Positions 28,745 to 41,364 of a stretch of 64,000 nucleotides of DNA are shown piece by piece. The position numbers and the translations under genes were made by a program. The stretch's first letter is position 1, and each line of letters opens with the position of its first letter. Below the pieces are notes generated by a model, which saw only the letters and a program-made list of their open reading frames with translations, was not told the origin of the DNA and ran no database searches. This stretch comes from Octopus vulgaris (lineage: Eukaryota): the NCBI GenBank assembly GCA_951406725.2, contig OX597816.1, positions 65,286,001 through 65,350,000 on the forward strand. Reading direction: 5' to 3'.

Positions 28745-29022
28745 ATTTGGTGTGCAAGATTCTTTATATGAGTTCGTGTGTTGAAGCATATTCTGTTGTG
28801 TCTGGGAAGAGTCATTTTCTTTTTTGTGCCTTATAATGTAACACACTCACTGGTAAAAATTCCACTTATTTCTTATTTAGTCAAGATTATTGAAAAGGTT
28901 GCAAGACGCAACGAATATTTTAGGAAAATAAAAATAAGAAATAAGTGGAAATTTTACCGCTAAGTGTATTACATTATAAGACACAAAAAGAAAATGACTC
29001 TACCCAGACACAACAGTATATG
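28745..29022 (-). mobile_element. Short PLE pLTR-derived foldback element
   Basis: Arms ~28787-28878 and ~28932-29022; tail GTGCAAGATT..TCGTGTGTTGAA; loop carries TTGAAAA-G-GTTGC AAGAC GCAAC-GAAT-AT-TT-TAG. Confidence 0.7.
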
Positions 29023-29731
29023 TATATATATTCTTAATCTGTCTCTCTTTCTCTCTCTCTCTCTCCTCCCTTATTCCCCTTCCTTTCTTTCCCTCTCCAT
29101 CCGTCTTCCCCCCTTCTACGTTTCTCTATCTCTCTCACCTCCAGCCCCCTCGTTCTGTCTCTTTCTTCTCCTCCCTCGTCCACCTTCTCTCTCTTTTCAT
29201 CTGTCCCTTTCTCCTGTCTTTTGTTCTCACGTGACCGCTAGCCGCTGTTGAGCGCTCTTTTCGTTCCAGCAGCCGCCGAAGCAACACGTATTTGTTCGTC
29301 TCCCTGCGGCCATTAGGCACAACTTCATAAGCCAGCCCCATACTCAACTCGTCCTGTCGAAAGACCCTTGTCCTACGTCCTGGTTTTGTTTTGTTGTTTA
29401 TTTTTTATTTTTACCGTTATTGTTTTTACGTTTTTGTATTTTTATTGGTGTCACGTATTCTGTATTTTTGTTCGTGTACTTCGTTCGTTTTCCGTCCTCG
29501 TGTTGTATACATTCGAAGCTTTCTTCCAGGGGATCTAATGCGCTTGGCTTAGATTTCCCTTGGCGGGCTGCCCATATCGGAGCAATCTCAAGATTAATCA
29601 GCCGAAATTGCTAAGATGATCTGGTTCTTGACTGATGACTGAGGGCTTCGAATGTCCCGTCCTGTGGTTCTTGTGTCGTCTCTGTGGCGTTTCATGTTCT
29701 TGTCCGTGTCTGTAATTATTTTTACTGTTTA

Positions 29732-29762
<31 letters not shown>

Positions 29763-29767
<5 letters not shown>

Positions 29768-30072
29768 CGTGATCACCGTGACCGACCAGGCTATCAGATC
29801 TCGCTACACATCGCCGGTCACAATGCACTTCGCATTGTTTTAGCCTTCAAATGACGCCACCCCGCCGGCTAAGCGAGCAGGCCAACAGAAGAAAGAGTGA
29901 GAGAATGTTGTGGCTAAAGAGTACAGCAGGGATCGCCACCACCGCCTGCCGGAGCATCGTGGAGCTTTTAGGTGTTTTCGCTCAATAAACACTCACAACG
30001 CCCGGTCTGGGAATCGAAACCGCGATCCTACAACCGCGAGTCCGGTGCCCTAACCACTGGGCCATTGCGCCT
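29763..30072 (-). mobile_element. tRNA(Arg)-like-headed SINE, second tail type
   Basis: Head reverse-complementary to the 2617/57534 heads; tail ends ggtcacggtgatcacggtgat. Confidence 0.8.
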
Positions 30073-30078
30073 CACACG

Positions 30079-30113
<35 letters not shown>

Positions 30114-30126
30114 TATATATATTATA

Positions 30127-30164
<38 letters not shown>

Positions 30165-30304
30165 AAATTTATAAATTGTTTATAAATTTAACCTTTAAAG
30201 GTATTTTTTAATATGCTGGCCATTGATAGATATTTTTTCGAAAAATTTTATCCTACATTAGATATATATATATATATAAATGTATGTATATATATATATA
30301 TATG

Positions 30305-30458
30305 ACAGAGTATACTGAAAAGTTCCTGACTGTGAGTGAGAGAACATATTCCCCTCACAGATTCACACACCTATTGCAGCGGTCCTTCAATTTTTACTAA
30401 GCCCTGTAAAAGAACTCGGAATGTTGGGCCTCCAACCAGGCCTTTCGCGACACCCTTA
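30305..30458 (-). mobile_element. Mariner remnant (TIR-like end plus transposase C-terminus)
   Basis: ctgaaaagttcctg terminus; minus frame KAWLEAQHSEFF..KLKDRCNRCVNL*GEYV. Confidence 0.6.
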
Positions 30459-32044
30459 ATACAGAGTAACAAAGGTCGGCCTTCTGAAATACAAGTCCTA
30501 ATCAGTTTTGCCAGCTTAGGGACTGGAGCAACGTGAAATAAAGTATCTTGCTCAAGGACAAAACGCGCCACGGGGAATTGAACTCCCGACCTTGTGATCG
30601 TGAATCTAACATCCTAACCACTAAGCCACTCACCTTCCATTTTGATAGCATACCACACATACCATTTTAAATAACATCAACGTCAGCAAAGATTTAGTTG
30701 TGTCTTTTATTGTCTTTCATCTTTTAATATCAGCCAACCACTTTTGCTTTAGGTCGAATTAGAAATAAATTCCTTATTCTATTTATTCTGTGTATAAGAC
30801 CTAGCTTTCTGGTTAAGAAACTCGCTTTGTCACAACGTGGTTTCGGATTTAGTTTCACTGCGTGGTACCTTGGGCAAGTGTCTTTTATCTTCTATAGCCT
30901 CGGACCAATTCCTTGTGAGTGGGTTTGGATATGCTGTTTAATATCTTCCAACCACTTAAAGTATTTCAAATTTTCACTCGATTATTTTCAAAAAATTTAG
31001 TTTTGGTTTAGTTAACGGAAGCTTTCGATTGGCTAAAATAACAGAATTTTAAATGCTTGTAACTCCTTTGCTACCATTTTCGAGGAAAAAATGAATGCAA
31101 CTTACGCCAGCAGCGTGCAAAAACGACATCAAAATAACAATTTTTTGCAAATGACCTGTTAACAATTTGAAATTCTTCAAGTGACTGGAAAGAAAGAAAT
31201 TTAACAGAATCCGAATGTGGTAGAAGGAAATTGTGTGCAAGCCGAGCGTGTGTGTATGTGTGTGTGCGTGCGTGTGTGTGTGTGTGTACGCGTGTATGTA
31301 TGTGTGCATCTGTGTGTGCCTTTGTGTCTGTGTTTGTTCCTCTGGTACCCATGCTTTCAAAGAATACTCAGCACCTCCTTAAAAAGCACGCAAAGTGATG
31401 CCTAGCAAACGACTTGTTATGCTCCCAAGGTCCATGTTGTTCACAATAACAACACTTCTAAAATAAGTAATTTTCCCGAACGGAATATTACAAGAATACC
31501 TCCGTTTACAGTCTTCTTAACTATACTTGTACGGTTTCTTTACATCTCAGCAAAGCATTTTAATAAACTCTCGTAAGTATGGAATCTCACTTACATCATC
31601 ACAGCTTACTCGAGATAGTGTTGTCCTTATTGTAATGATACGAAACTAAAAGCACTTAGCTTCACATTATTAAATACGTTGTCGCGGATAAAAGGTGGTT
31701 AGCTCGGTGTCTGGGATAGACGGCAGTTGAATAGACAACAACCATTCTGTATCGCGTTTTTGTAGTGCTTGCATGGCACAATATGGTGGAAGCGGTAAAA
31801 CAAGATAAATATATTGAATCGAAACTAATCGCATTACCAGCACAATATTATCATTAGACATTGTTCAACGCTTCCAATGTACTAGTATCGTCAGTGAACG
31901 CAACATGACACAAAACAAAAGAACAAGAAGGAAACAGATATACAGTGACAAATTACAAGAATGCACATACACACGGAGTTCACATATTTAGCTGGAGGCA
32001 TTGCTACAAATGTATATACACAAGACTATTGTTATCATATCATA

Positions 32045-33075
32045 TCTATAAAAGGGAGGATGTGTGTGCGTGTGTGTGTGTACGTGATTGTAATTTATGC
32101 ACATCCACAAATTAGCACCCATGTCGCTCCAATTTTAGGAGGACATTTGTCAACATCCTATCTGGATTTTGTCAACTTATTTTTCCCCGAAGCACCCGTG
32201 GGTAGCGTAAATATCTATTTTCAGACATAGCTTTTAGCCACGAAAAATATCAGCCTTGGCTTTTTTGATGGCATCTAACAGAAAAAAATAATAAGATAAA
32301 GAAAAGTGGAAGAAGGAGGCAGAGTGTTTCACGGGAAAGACAAAGTGAGAGAGGGAGAGAGACAAAGTAAATGACAACGTTCATAAACAGCCTTAACTTT
32401 TTTGCCAGCGTCTAACAAAAAAAAAATAAGATAAAAAAAAGTGGAAGAAGAAGGCAGAGAGTTTCACGGGAAAGACAAAGTGAGACAGGACGAAAGAGAG
32501 TAAGTTATGACGTTCATAAAAAATAAAATGTAAAATTTTTTGTTTTCTGTTTTTGAAAGTCACTATATTTTATAATCATAGTATATATACTTTAGTGAAA
32601 ATCGTGCGAGTGTTAATCTACAAATTTAACGTTTTTTTCATTCACTTCTGTTTATGAACATGTATGCGTGCACAAAACATACAATAGGTGTACGTACGTG
32701 TGTGTATGTGTGTTCGTGTCTGTTGCCCATATATATTTATATTATATTATATTATATATATATATATATATATAATATATATAGCCTGTGATAGCCTGGG
32801 CTTCAGAGGCCCACAGCTCTTCAATATCCTCCCGAAGAACCTGAGAGACCTGTATGGGGTGGATGCATATGTCTTTAAAATAAAACTGGATCTCTTCCTG
32901 TCAGGTGTCCCAGATGAACCAACTTCACGACAGGAGGTGCAGGTGAGGACAGCTGCATCGAACTCTCTCATGCACCAAATGGCAATTGCTAAAAAGCATT
33001 CGTAAAGTAAAATCATGTAGCAACACCAAATGGCGGTGCCCCAGCATGGCCACAGCTCGTGAGCTGAAACTAGAT

Positions 33076-33112
<37 letters not shown>

Positions 33113-33239
33113 CATAACTAATTTCAACGGATTTCGCCCAAATTTGACGTCTATATTACTTAGTTTGGTTTGAAATAAAGAACTTGATTAGCTTAATAAT
33201 CGTAACTTTATCCCGGGCAAGGCCGGGTTATACTGCTAG
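32045..33239 (+). mobile_element. Non-autonomous Helitron with nested CR1 fragment
   Basis: 3' hairpin CCCGG-gcaagg-CCGGG (33212-33227) then CTAG|T; 5' A|TCTATAAAAG candidate (less certain); internal ~137-bp duplication 32274/32411. Confidence 0.65.
32782..33080 (+). mobile_element. 3' terminal fragment of a CR1-group LINE in (TA)n
   Basis: SLGFRGPQLFNILPKNLR..FKIKLDLFLSGVPDEP..AASNSL; 3'UTR ggcggtgccccagcatggccacagctcgtgagctgaaact. Confidence 0.85.
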
Positions 33240-33319
33240 TCGGCTATATAATGTGTATTGTACCACAGAAAATAATCAAATCATACAGTGTTGTATTGCA
33301 CAAGAAAAACAACAATAAT

Positions 33320-34070
33320 ATGGCGACATTTCGCATTCCCAAAATGCAGTGGCATACAGACAATGCAGCCGAAGCCCCACAAATATTCAAACAAAACATC
33401 ATGCACTATTGTGAAGATGAGGAAATTACAGAACCAATGAAAATAGCCTTAAAAATATTAAGAGGCACTGGAAATGAAGGACTCAAACGTCTAAATGCAT
33501 CTAGTTTATTAGATGCTGACAAGAAAATTCCAAATAAACTGTGGGAATTGTTCGGAGCACGAGTCAAGACAAACATCAATTTCAGAGTACATCGCCTTAA
33601 ACTGATAGAATGGAGACAGTAGAATAATGAGACAGTTGACGATTTTGTTACAAGAGCACGAACGATAGCCAAAAATATGAGTTAGAAGAAAAACAGCTTG
33701 AACAGCGGAGCATTGAATTATTGATTGCTTCAACTTCCATTGAAGCCTTCTAAAAGGAGCTGCTTGGAAAGGGGGAAAGACTACAAATTTGAAGATTCCC
33801 TAACAGAGGGTAAAAAATTTGAACCTATTCTTGCTGAAAGAAGTCAGATACAACAACTTGCAAGCGCAGAACCAAGCAATGTAGATGCTGTCAAGCATTC
33901 ATGTGGAAATTGTGTACGAATGCACCCACCAAGAAAGTGCCCTGCATACAATGATTCCTTCAACTTCTGCAACAAAAGGCACACTGGGAAAATTCTGTTG
34001 TCAATGGAACAAACAAGACAAAACAAGACAGAAAAATGGCGATTGGAAAAGAACACACAAAAAGTTCCAT
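33320..34070 (+). pseudogene. Gypsy (Mag-like) gag remnant
   Basis: NFRVHRLKL..RQ*NNETVDDFVTRAR; twin Zn knuckle CGNCVRMHPPRKCPAYNDSFNFCNKRH; stops and frameshifts. Confidence 0.8.
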
Positions 34071-34075
34071 GATAC

Positions 34076-34557
34076 AGGCGTAGAAGTGGCTGTGTGGTAA
34101 GTAGCTTGCTTACCAACTATATGGTTCTGGGTTCAGTCCCTCTACATGTCTTCTACTGTAGCCTCGAGCCGACCAAAGCATTGTGAGTGGATTTGGTAGA
34201 CGGAAACTGAAAGAAGCCCGTCGTATGTATGTATGTATATATATATATATATTGTGTGTGTGCGTTTGTTTGTGTGTCTGTGTTTGTCCCCACTCCCAAC
34301 ATCGCTTGACAACCGATGCTGGTGTATTCACGTACCCGTAATTTAGCGGTTCGGCAAAAGTGACCTATAGAATAAGTACTAGGCTTACAAAGAATTAGTC
34401 CTGGGGTCGACCCCAGTGCGTAACTGGTACTTATTTAATCGACCCCGAAAGGATGAAAGGCAAAGTCGACCTCGGCGGAATTTGAACTCAGAACGTAACG
34501 GCAGACGAAATACCGCTAAGCATTTCGCCCGGTGTGCTAACGTTTCTTCCAGCTCGC
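34076..34557. mobile_element. CORE-like SINE (+, 34076-34410) fused to an inverted Meta-domain-like SINE (-, 34411-34557)
   Basis: Junction CTGGGGTCGACCCCAG at 34401-34416. Confidence 0.85.
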
Positions 34558-34564
34558 AGCGTAA

Positions 34565-34695
34565 AGCATTCGTCTAATGGCATGCAAATCAAATGCTTGG
34601 GATCAATACATTTTCAGCTTTGCTCAAGCGGCAGCGAATTCCATGATGCCAAATTCTGTGTGGTAGATGTGGACGGACCACCAATCATCGGAAAC
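34565..34695 (+). pseudogene. Gypsy protease C-terminal remnant
   Basis: NGMQIKCLGSIHFQL..AKFCVVDVDGPPIIG resembles the F.VV....ILG end of retroviral-type proteases; colinear with the upstream gag. Confidence 0.6.
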
Positions 34696-35304
34696 CACTC
34701 TGCATCGCGTTATTGTAGTGCTTGCATGGCACAATAGTACTCACCCGTTGCTTCGTCGATTGATGATTCAGCAAAGCACATCTACTAGGTCTCTGTAAAA
34801 ACACCATCACGCTATTGTCGCCTGTGTGTTGGGTCAAAGCTAAAGACTTCCATTAAAAGCATTTACATGTCCCCGTCTTCTCTTTTCCTATCGCCATTGG
34901 ACTTGTGAAGAAAGTGTGATGGTGTTGGCACTGGTGTCTTGGTTTGCTGAACAACCTGCATGATGAATATTATAATAATGGACATGGTTTATGCAGAGCC
35001 AGTCCCAATCTCTCGTTCTTCAAAGTTACATTGGCCTGGTATAACAAGCGCCACGAGCCCATTAGTTAAGATGCAGGAACTATATGAAATTACTTTCCCT
35101 TAGATGAACACCAAAAGAGCTAACGAGTCACACCTATCCTGGGTTCGTTGGGATGTCTGTGAGTGTCCATTTCATCTTTTGAAATGGCTTTCTTGTCAGT
35201 TTCGCCTTCTCTTCAAAGCAAAAAATTCTTGCTGGGCTTTTACTTTTTACGAGAAACATGGATCATAATTATTCAAATGCCTTTATGTTCTCTGCTTGCC
35301 GACT

Positions 35305-35815
35305 GCTGGCAGAAACGTTAGCATGCCGGGCGAAATGCGTGACCGTATTTCGTCTGCCGTTACGTTCTGAGTTCAAATTCCGCCGAGGTCGACTTTACCT
35401 TTCATCCTTTCGGGGTCGATAAATTTAGTACCAGTTACGCACTAGGGTCTATGTAATCGACTTAATCCGTTTGTCTGTCCTTGTTTGTCGCCTCTGTGTT
35501 TAGCCCCTTGTGGGTAGTAAAGAAATATATTTAATATCAATTTTAATGATTAGAAGTCGGTTATGTAGACGTAAACATATTATTCATATAAATGCCCCAA
35601 AATTTGGTACAAGGCCAGAGATTTTGGGAAGGGGATACACGATTTCATAGACCACACCACCACCCACCACTGTGTTCAACAGGTACTTATTTAATCGACC
35701 CGAAAGGATGAAAGGCAAATTCAATCTCGGTGATTTTAAACTTAGAACGTAAAGGACCGGAAGAAATTCTGTTAAGCATTTTGTCCGACGCGATATCCTG
35801 CCAGCTTGCTGCCTT
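35305..35815. mobile_element. Meta-domain-like SINEs (+ 35305-35527; - ~35590-35815)
   Basis: Same core motifs in opposite orientations. Confidence 0.8.
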
Positions 35816-36687
35816 ATTTGCATATATAATTAATATCATTAAATTATCAAGTTTCCGTTTATATGTTCACCTGCTGTTGTCTTTCTTGCTTTAATTAAAT
35901 ATTGTTGCTGTTTACTTCTGTCTATTATTCAAACTCTCACCAACCATGTTACTGTCAGCCTTTCTCACTCACAACCACACCTGATTCTGAAAATGTTTCA
36001 TCATTCTTCAAAAAGTTCTAAGTTCTAAATGAACGAAGACAGCGTTTGACTCGGGAAAGGAAGACTAGACAAAGAATACCCGAAAGAGAATCTCAGAAAA
36101 TAGCAAAACGTTATTTGGCCCTTTTCAAATATATAATAGATAATTTCAGTTCATACATAACAAAAACAAAATGTCAGTCACAGAGAAACTACTCTACTTT
36201 GAACTGTAAAAAGTCAGCAATTAACACGAGATGATATGAACGTGAGTTGAAAGAAAAGAAGAGTTGCAAAACGATCGCAAGGAACACAAAAAGAGACAAA
36301 AGCAAGAAAGTAGAAAATAGAACTAACCAAAATATAAACACAAAAACAAGGGAATGGCTTAAAAAAGAAAGATAATAAATAATTCAAGTCAGCAAAATGA
36401 AAATGCCGACGAAGATCAAAAAGATTATTTTATTTAGATAGATAAGGGACTTCTGTTGCCAAATAGAAAACAATTAAAGGAAATTATGTCAACAGAAAAC
36501 ATAGGAATGGTAATATTGTCCTAAATTGAAAATATTCAAGATAAAACAATCAATTATGAAAATTTACTGCGACATTTACGTGAGGCGATTAATATTCTTC
36601 ACCAGCTTTTACTGTCAGCCATATTTTAACAGGCCGTCTCGTAAATAGCAATTTTAACATTGGAAACTCATACCTGAAACTCTAGAT

Positions 36688-37362
36688 CAGGGGTGAGAAA
36701 CTCAAACGTATTTCAGGTTGCACACTTTATTTCGTTGGCCGAACAGGATAAACATTTATTGAACAGACTAAAACTTTTTGAACATGAACATGTATCGAAA
36801 CAGATGGTATATAATTTCATTCCAAAAATAAATTAACTTTAACTTAAATTATATAAAATATTTTGCTCTGCATAAAAATATCTCCTGTCAAAATTATTAA
36901 AAATTTAAAGTAAGAACATGTTGCAAAGAAAAAAAAGAAAATATAAATTTAAAAAATGTAGTTTTAGTGGAAATTAAAATGATAAATCAAAACTTTCAAT
37001 TTTCTTTATGCAATTTTTTCCAAGCTACATACTTGACACCTTTTCTTGGCAACGAGTTCATCGATGTTCGGGGCAAGGTTCTATGTGATTGAGACTCTCA
37101 GGATGGATTGCTGATGTTCATCTGTGAGACGACTCCTATGTGACGTTTTATTCATCTCCATCACAGAGAACAGCTTCTCGCACAGATATGTGCTTCCAAA
37201 CAAAGACAGTGTTCAAGCTGAATGTAAGCGGAGCTGGGGCATTGCTTTAGGTATAAAGCGAATGAACTTTGCGGGGCCCAGAATCGCACTTTGCTTTTAA
37301 TATGCCATCACACTACAAAGCTATCAGCTCCATTTGAATCTGTACAGTTGCAGTTTCCACAT
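36688..37362 (-). mobile_element. hAT (Charlie/SPIN, GTF2IRD2-like) transposon 3' remnant
   Basis: ctctagat|CAGGGGTG terminus; minus frame LFGSTYLCEKLFSVMEMNKTSHRSRLTDEH..ILR..PNIDELVAKKRCQ (hAT dimerization domain). Confidence 0.8.
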
Positions 37363-37622
37363 TCTTTTCTACTCTAGGCACAAGGCCCGAAATTTTGGGG
37401 GAGGGGCCAGTCGATTACATCGACCCCAGTACGCAACTGGTACTTAGTTTATTGATCCTGAAAGAATGAGAGGCAAAGTCGACCTCGGCGGAATTTGAAC
37501 TAAGAACATAAAGACAGACGAAATACCGCTAAACATTTCGCCCGGCGTGCTAACGTTTTTTACTTCTTTATTGCCCACAAGTGGATAAACATAGAGGGGA
37601 CAAACAAGGACAGACAAAGGCA
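37363..37622 (-). mobile_element. Meta-domain-like SINE with the tail of a second unit joined at its head
   Basis: Minus: ..gtgggcaataaagaagtaaa|aaacgttagcacgccgggcg.. Confidence 0.8.
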
Positions 37623-38367
37623 TTTTGAACGAATTTTAAAATTATTTCTCGCTAAATTCTAAATACAAAAGTTCTATAATTTTCTGTTGGTGGTTTGTGC
37701 CTCGGATCTGCCCTAATCAAAGAAACTGTTTCATCCTTACGTTGGAATATTTTCAGAGACCGAGCCCCTTCTTACTGAAAGTTTTAGTAAATCAGATAGA
37801 CTGAATTTCGCATATAACAAATTTTTGACAGAAAAATTACTTAGGAAATTATTGATATGTTATTAGATTTTAACTGTCTTTCAATTATATAGTATATTAA
37901 AAGAAATATTTATTGATTTTAGTTAGCACAGGATATTATATACAAATGTAAGCACCATGCTTTGTATACAAAATATTTGTGAATAGAAAGAGTTTAGCGA
38001 CACTGTCTAAGGATTTTTATCTTGTTTATCTGAGTCCCTTGCAGTATAAGATTTATAAGTAGTCTCCATAAACAGCTAAATTGAATACTCAGTCATTGAT
38101 CAAGCCCAACACTAGACTATAACTACTCGTCTAGCAGATGTGTTTTTTTTCTTTTTTATCTACGAAGATATTGAATACAAATTAAAGTGTTTACAGCTGT
38201 CTATTACACGCAAAGTTGGCAAAATCTATGGTTTTATTCAGCTGTAGAGTATGACATTAAAGCAAAACAATGTTAACGTACAGTAATTTATATATAAATA
38301 TATATATATATATATATAGGGGGGGACTGTATGTACGTATGTATGTATGTATATGTACATATATATA

Positions 38368-38420
<53 letters not shown>

Positions 38421-38519
38421 GGGTGTGCGTATGTGTGTGAATATATGCTTGTATATAAATAATATCTTCTCACATACGACCCATACATATATACACGCAT
38501 ATATATATATACATTTATT

Positions 38520-38599
<80 letters not shown>

Positions 38600-40433
38600 A
38601 TCGTTGATACATACACACATACATATACAGCTTAATTGAATTAGTGTTTGCGGTGCCATTAATCATAATGCTTCGAATAATGACTACAGAAGAAAGGCCG
38701 ACCTATTGTTTGTAACAAGTCATAATATTACCTCTATTAATTATTACCTCTTAGTATAGAGTGTGGTGGCTGCGAATTATACACTCTTGTGTGTTTGTTT
38801 TAGATTCTACTATGTGTATTTGTAAGTTAATGTTCATTGATACGATTGTAAAAGTGTCGATATTTTGTAAAATACGAGTCCGCATATCATTATATCTATA
38901 TAAATATTATCTATATACTCCACTGAACTTTCAAACTAAAATCCTGCCATCAACTTATACATACATACATGCATATATGAATGTTTATATATACATATGT
39001 ATGTATGTATATTTACATATATATATATACACACACAAATAAATATATATACATATATATTTTAGAACACACACACGTATGCATGTACATATGTACATGC
39101 ATACGTGTGTGTGTTCTAATTTAGGTGGTTATAAGTATACAGCAACATTATTCATCAGATTATCTGCTGGCGTATTATATAAACTTACATTACAGATGTG
39201 TGACGCGTTACTTTTTATATGTTTGTTGATATACGAACCTAACTAGACACCCTCTCCGTGGTTACACAATCTTCTTACTATTGCCACCATATCTTCCCCA
39301 AAACCACACCGCATTCTTTTAATAAATGAAGAAAATATTGTCTTACGTAGTCAAAGATACGCTGTGTCCAGCGAGGTGGTCATAAGAAGAACGGTCTCTA
39401 TTATAGTTTCTTTGAAGAGGAAGAACCTGGGACTAAACAACATTAGGAATTATTAGTAAAACTTTTATCTACACATGTTAGTGGAGAACGTTCCGTTAAT
39501 TCCTTCAAAATACACAATTTAGCATAATGCATCAATATTATATAAAAACTACATTCCGAAGAAACATGAACTCCCTCAAATTAGTCAACTTAAATCACTC
39601 GGAACAAACTTATCAGCATCTGGAAATTGTTAATATCATATTGTAATTGTTAAACCTTAATGTTTTTAGCTGTTTGTAATGGTGCTGCGTTAGGCTACAG
39701 AATGTTTACTACGGTTAGGACGTTTATCAAAGGCTGAGATACATCGTATATCTTATTACAGTGTGTTGATCCTGTGAATTGCTTTTAAACGTTTGATTGA
39801 CTACAACGTTGTTTGTTCATCAATGAGAACCAAACTGGAGCTCTGTAGGAAAACCTGCTTAGATACTTTGGCGAATACACATACAGACACACACACACAC
39901 ACAAACATACATGCATACACATATATGGGGCTGCATATGTGTGGCGGGAAGAGACACAATTACCGATAAATAGTGAGGACAAATAGTAGACAACAAACGA
40001 AAACAATATCTCTTATCACCTGTCTATTCAGGGATTTTCGCACATTCAACGCCCGAGAGCAGAAGCGGTGATCGTACAGGCTTCAAAAGTAATCCGCCAT
40101 AGTTCTTGGAGATTCAAACAGAAAACGTGAAACATAAAAGATAAGAAAAATAAATTAGGTCTCATCGGCTAATACACAACAACTGAAAGGACGCACAAAA
40201 ATAAATGGCAAAGCCTTAACGATTAGGACAGAATAAATACAAACATACTTCCTCCTGCCACTCCCTTATTAGCCACTCAGCTCTCTTTCTCACTTTAGTT
40301 TACCCAACGACCACATCCATTATTTGTTTCATTGAACAGTACACACAACCATTTCAATTTTCTTATGTAGTCGGACACTTGTTCGTTTTTATCAAGTATT
40401 CTTTCGGTTTTTATATTATTTTAGTCGTAAAAT

Positions 40434-40650
40434 AAGGCGTCGAGCTGGTAGAGTCGTTGGCACACTGTGCAAAATGCTTATCAGTATTTCGTGTCTTTAC
40501 ATTCTGAGTTGATATCCCGCCGATGTGAATTTTGCCTTCCGTCCTCTCAGGAGCGATAAATTAAGTATCAGTTGCATACGTGGGTCGATCTAATCGGCTG
40601 GCCCAGCTCCACTAAAATTTCAGGCCTTGTGCCTGTAATATAAAGGATTA
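40434..40650 (+). mobile_element. Diverged Meta-domain-like SINE
   Basis: aaggcgtcgagctggtagagtcgttggcac..gataaattaagtatcag..ggccttgtgcct. Confidence 0.7.
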
Positions 40651-40995
40651 TTTTAGTTGTAAAAGACTAATGTTCTCCTTTTACTTTAAATTAAATTTAC
40701 GAAAAGCATCTACAAACTTACCAGATGGCCAATCCACCACTTTTATTAAAAGCTTTCATTTTGATTTCTCAAAAGACGATAGCAAACAACATTAACTGAT
40801 TACGGAATATGCTGTACAAAATTGATACTCTATTCTTTTATTCTTTTATTCTTTTAGTTGTTTCAGTCATTTTTACTACGGCCATGCTGGAGCACCGCCT
40901 TTAATCGAGAAAATCGACCCCAGGACTTATTCTTTGTAAGCCTAGTACTTATTCTATCGGTCTCTTTTGGCGAACCACTAAGTTACAGGGACGTA

Positions 40996-41031
<36 letters not shown>

Positions 41032-41032
41032 A

Positions 41033-41067
<35 letters not shown>

Positions 41068-41340
41068 ATTTTAATCCAAACGGGAAAACAAAAAAACAAC
41101 AACAATGGAACAATTACAGTATTATTATTAATGGGCGCTCAGGAAATGGAAGCAGGAGGGTATGACGTTTCGAGCGGAGCTCTTCGTCGGAAACATAAAG
41201 AAGGAAGAGAGAGGAAAGAAAGATCCCAAAGCGGGCAACAGGGATAGAGAAAAAAAACGACTGGTGTTTACGAGTTACACATGGTGAAAGGCGGAAGTTT
41301 ACGATAACAAGAGCAAAGTAGGTTTTTAAAGGCAAAAGAG
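41068..41340 (-). mobile_element. Probable PLE pLTR fragment with minimal hammerhead-like motif (41160-41197)
   Basis: Minus: ATGTTT-CCGACGA-A-GAGC TCC GCTC-GAAA-CG-TC-ATAC; abuts (TA)n inside a CORE-like SINE (40830-41000 tail, 44070-44222 head). Confidence 0.55.
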
Positions 41341-41364
41341 TGGAGACAAGGTTGGTAACGCAAC

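Noticed and set aside
34700-35280. Possible ancient transposon coding remnant sharing ~40 bp with 31745-31782
   Set aside because: No recognisable motif in any frame; only the short shared segment is certain
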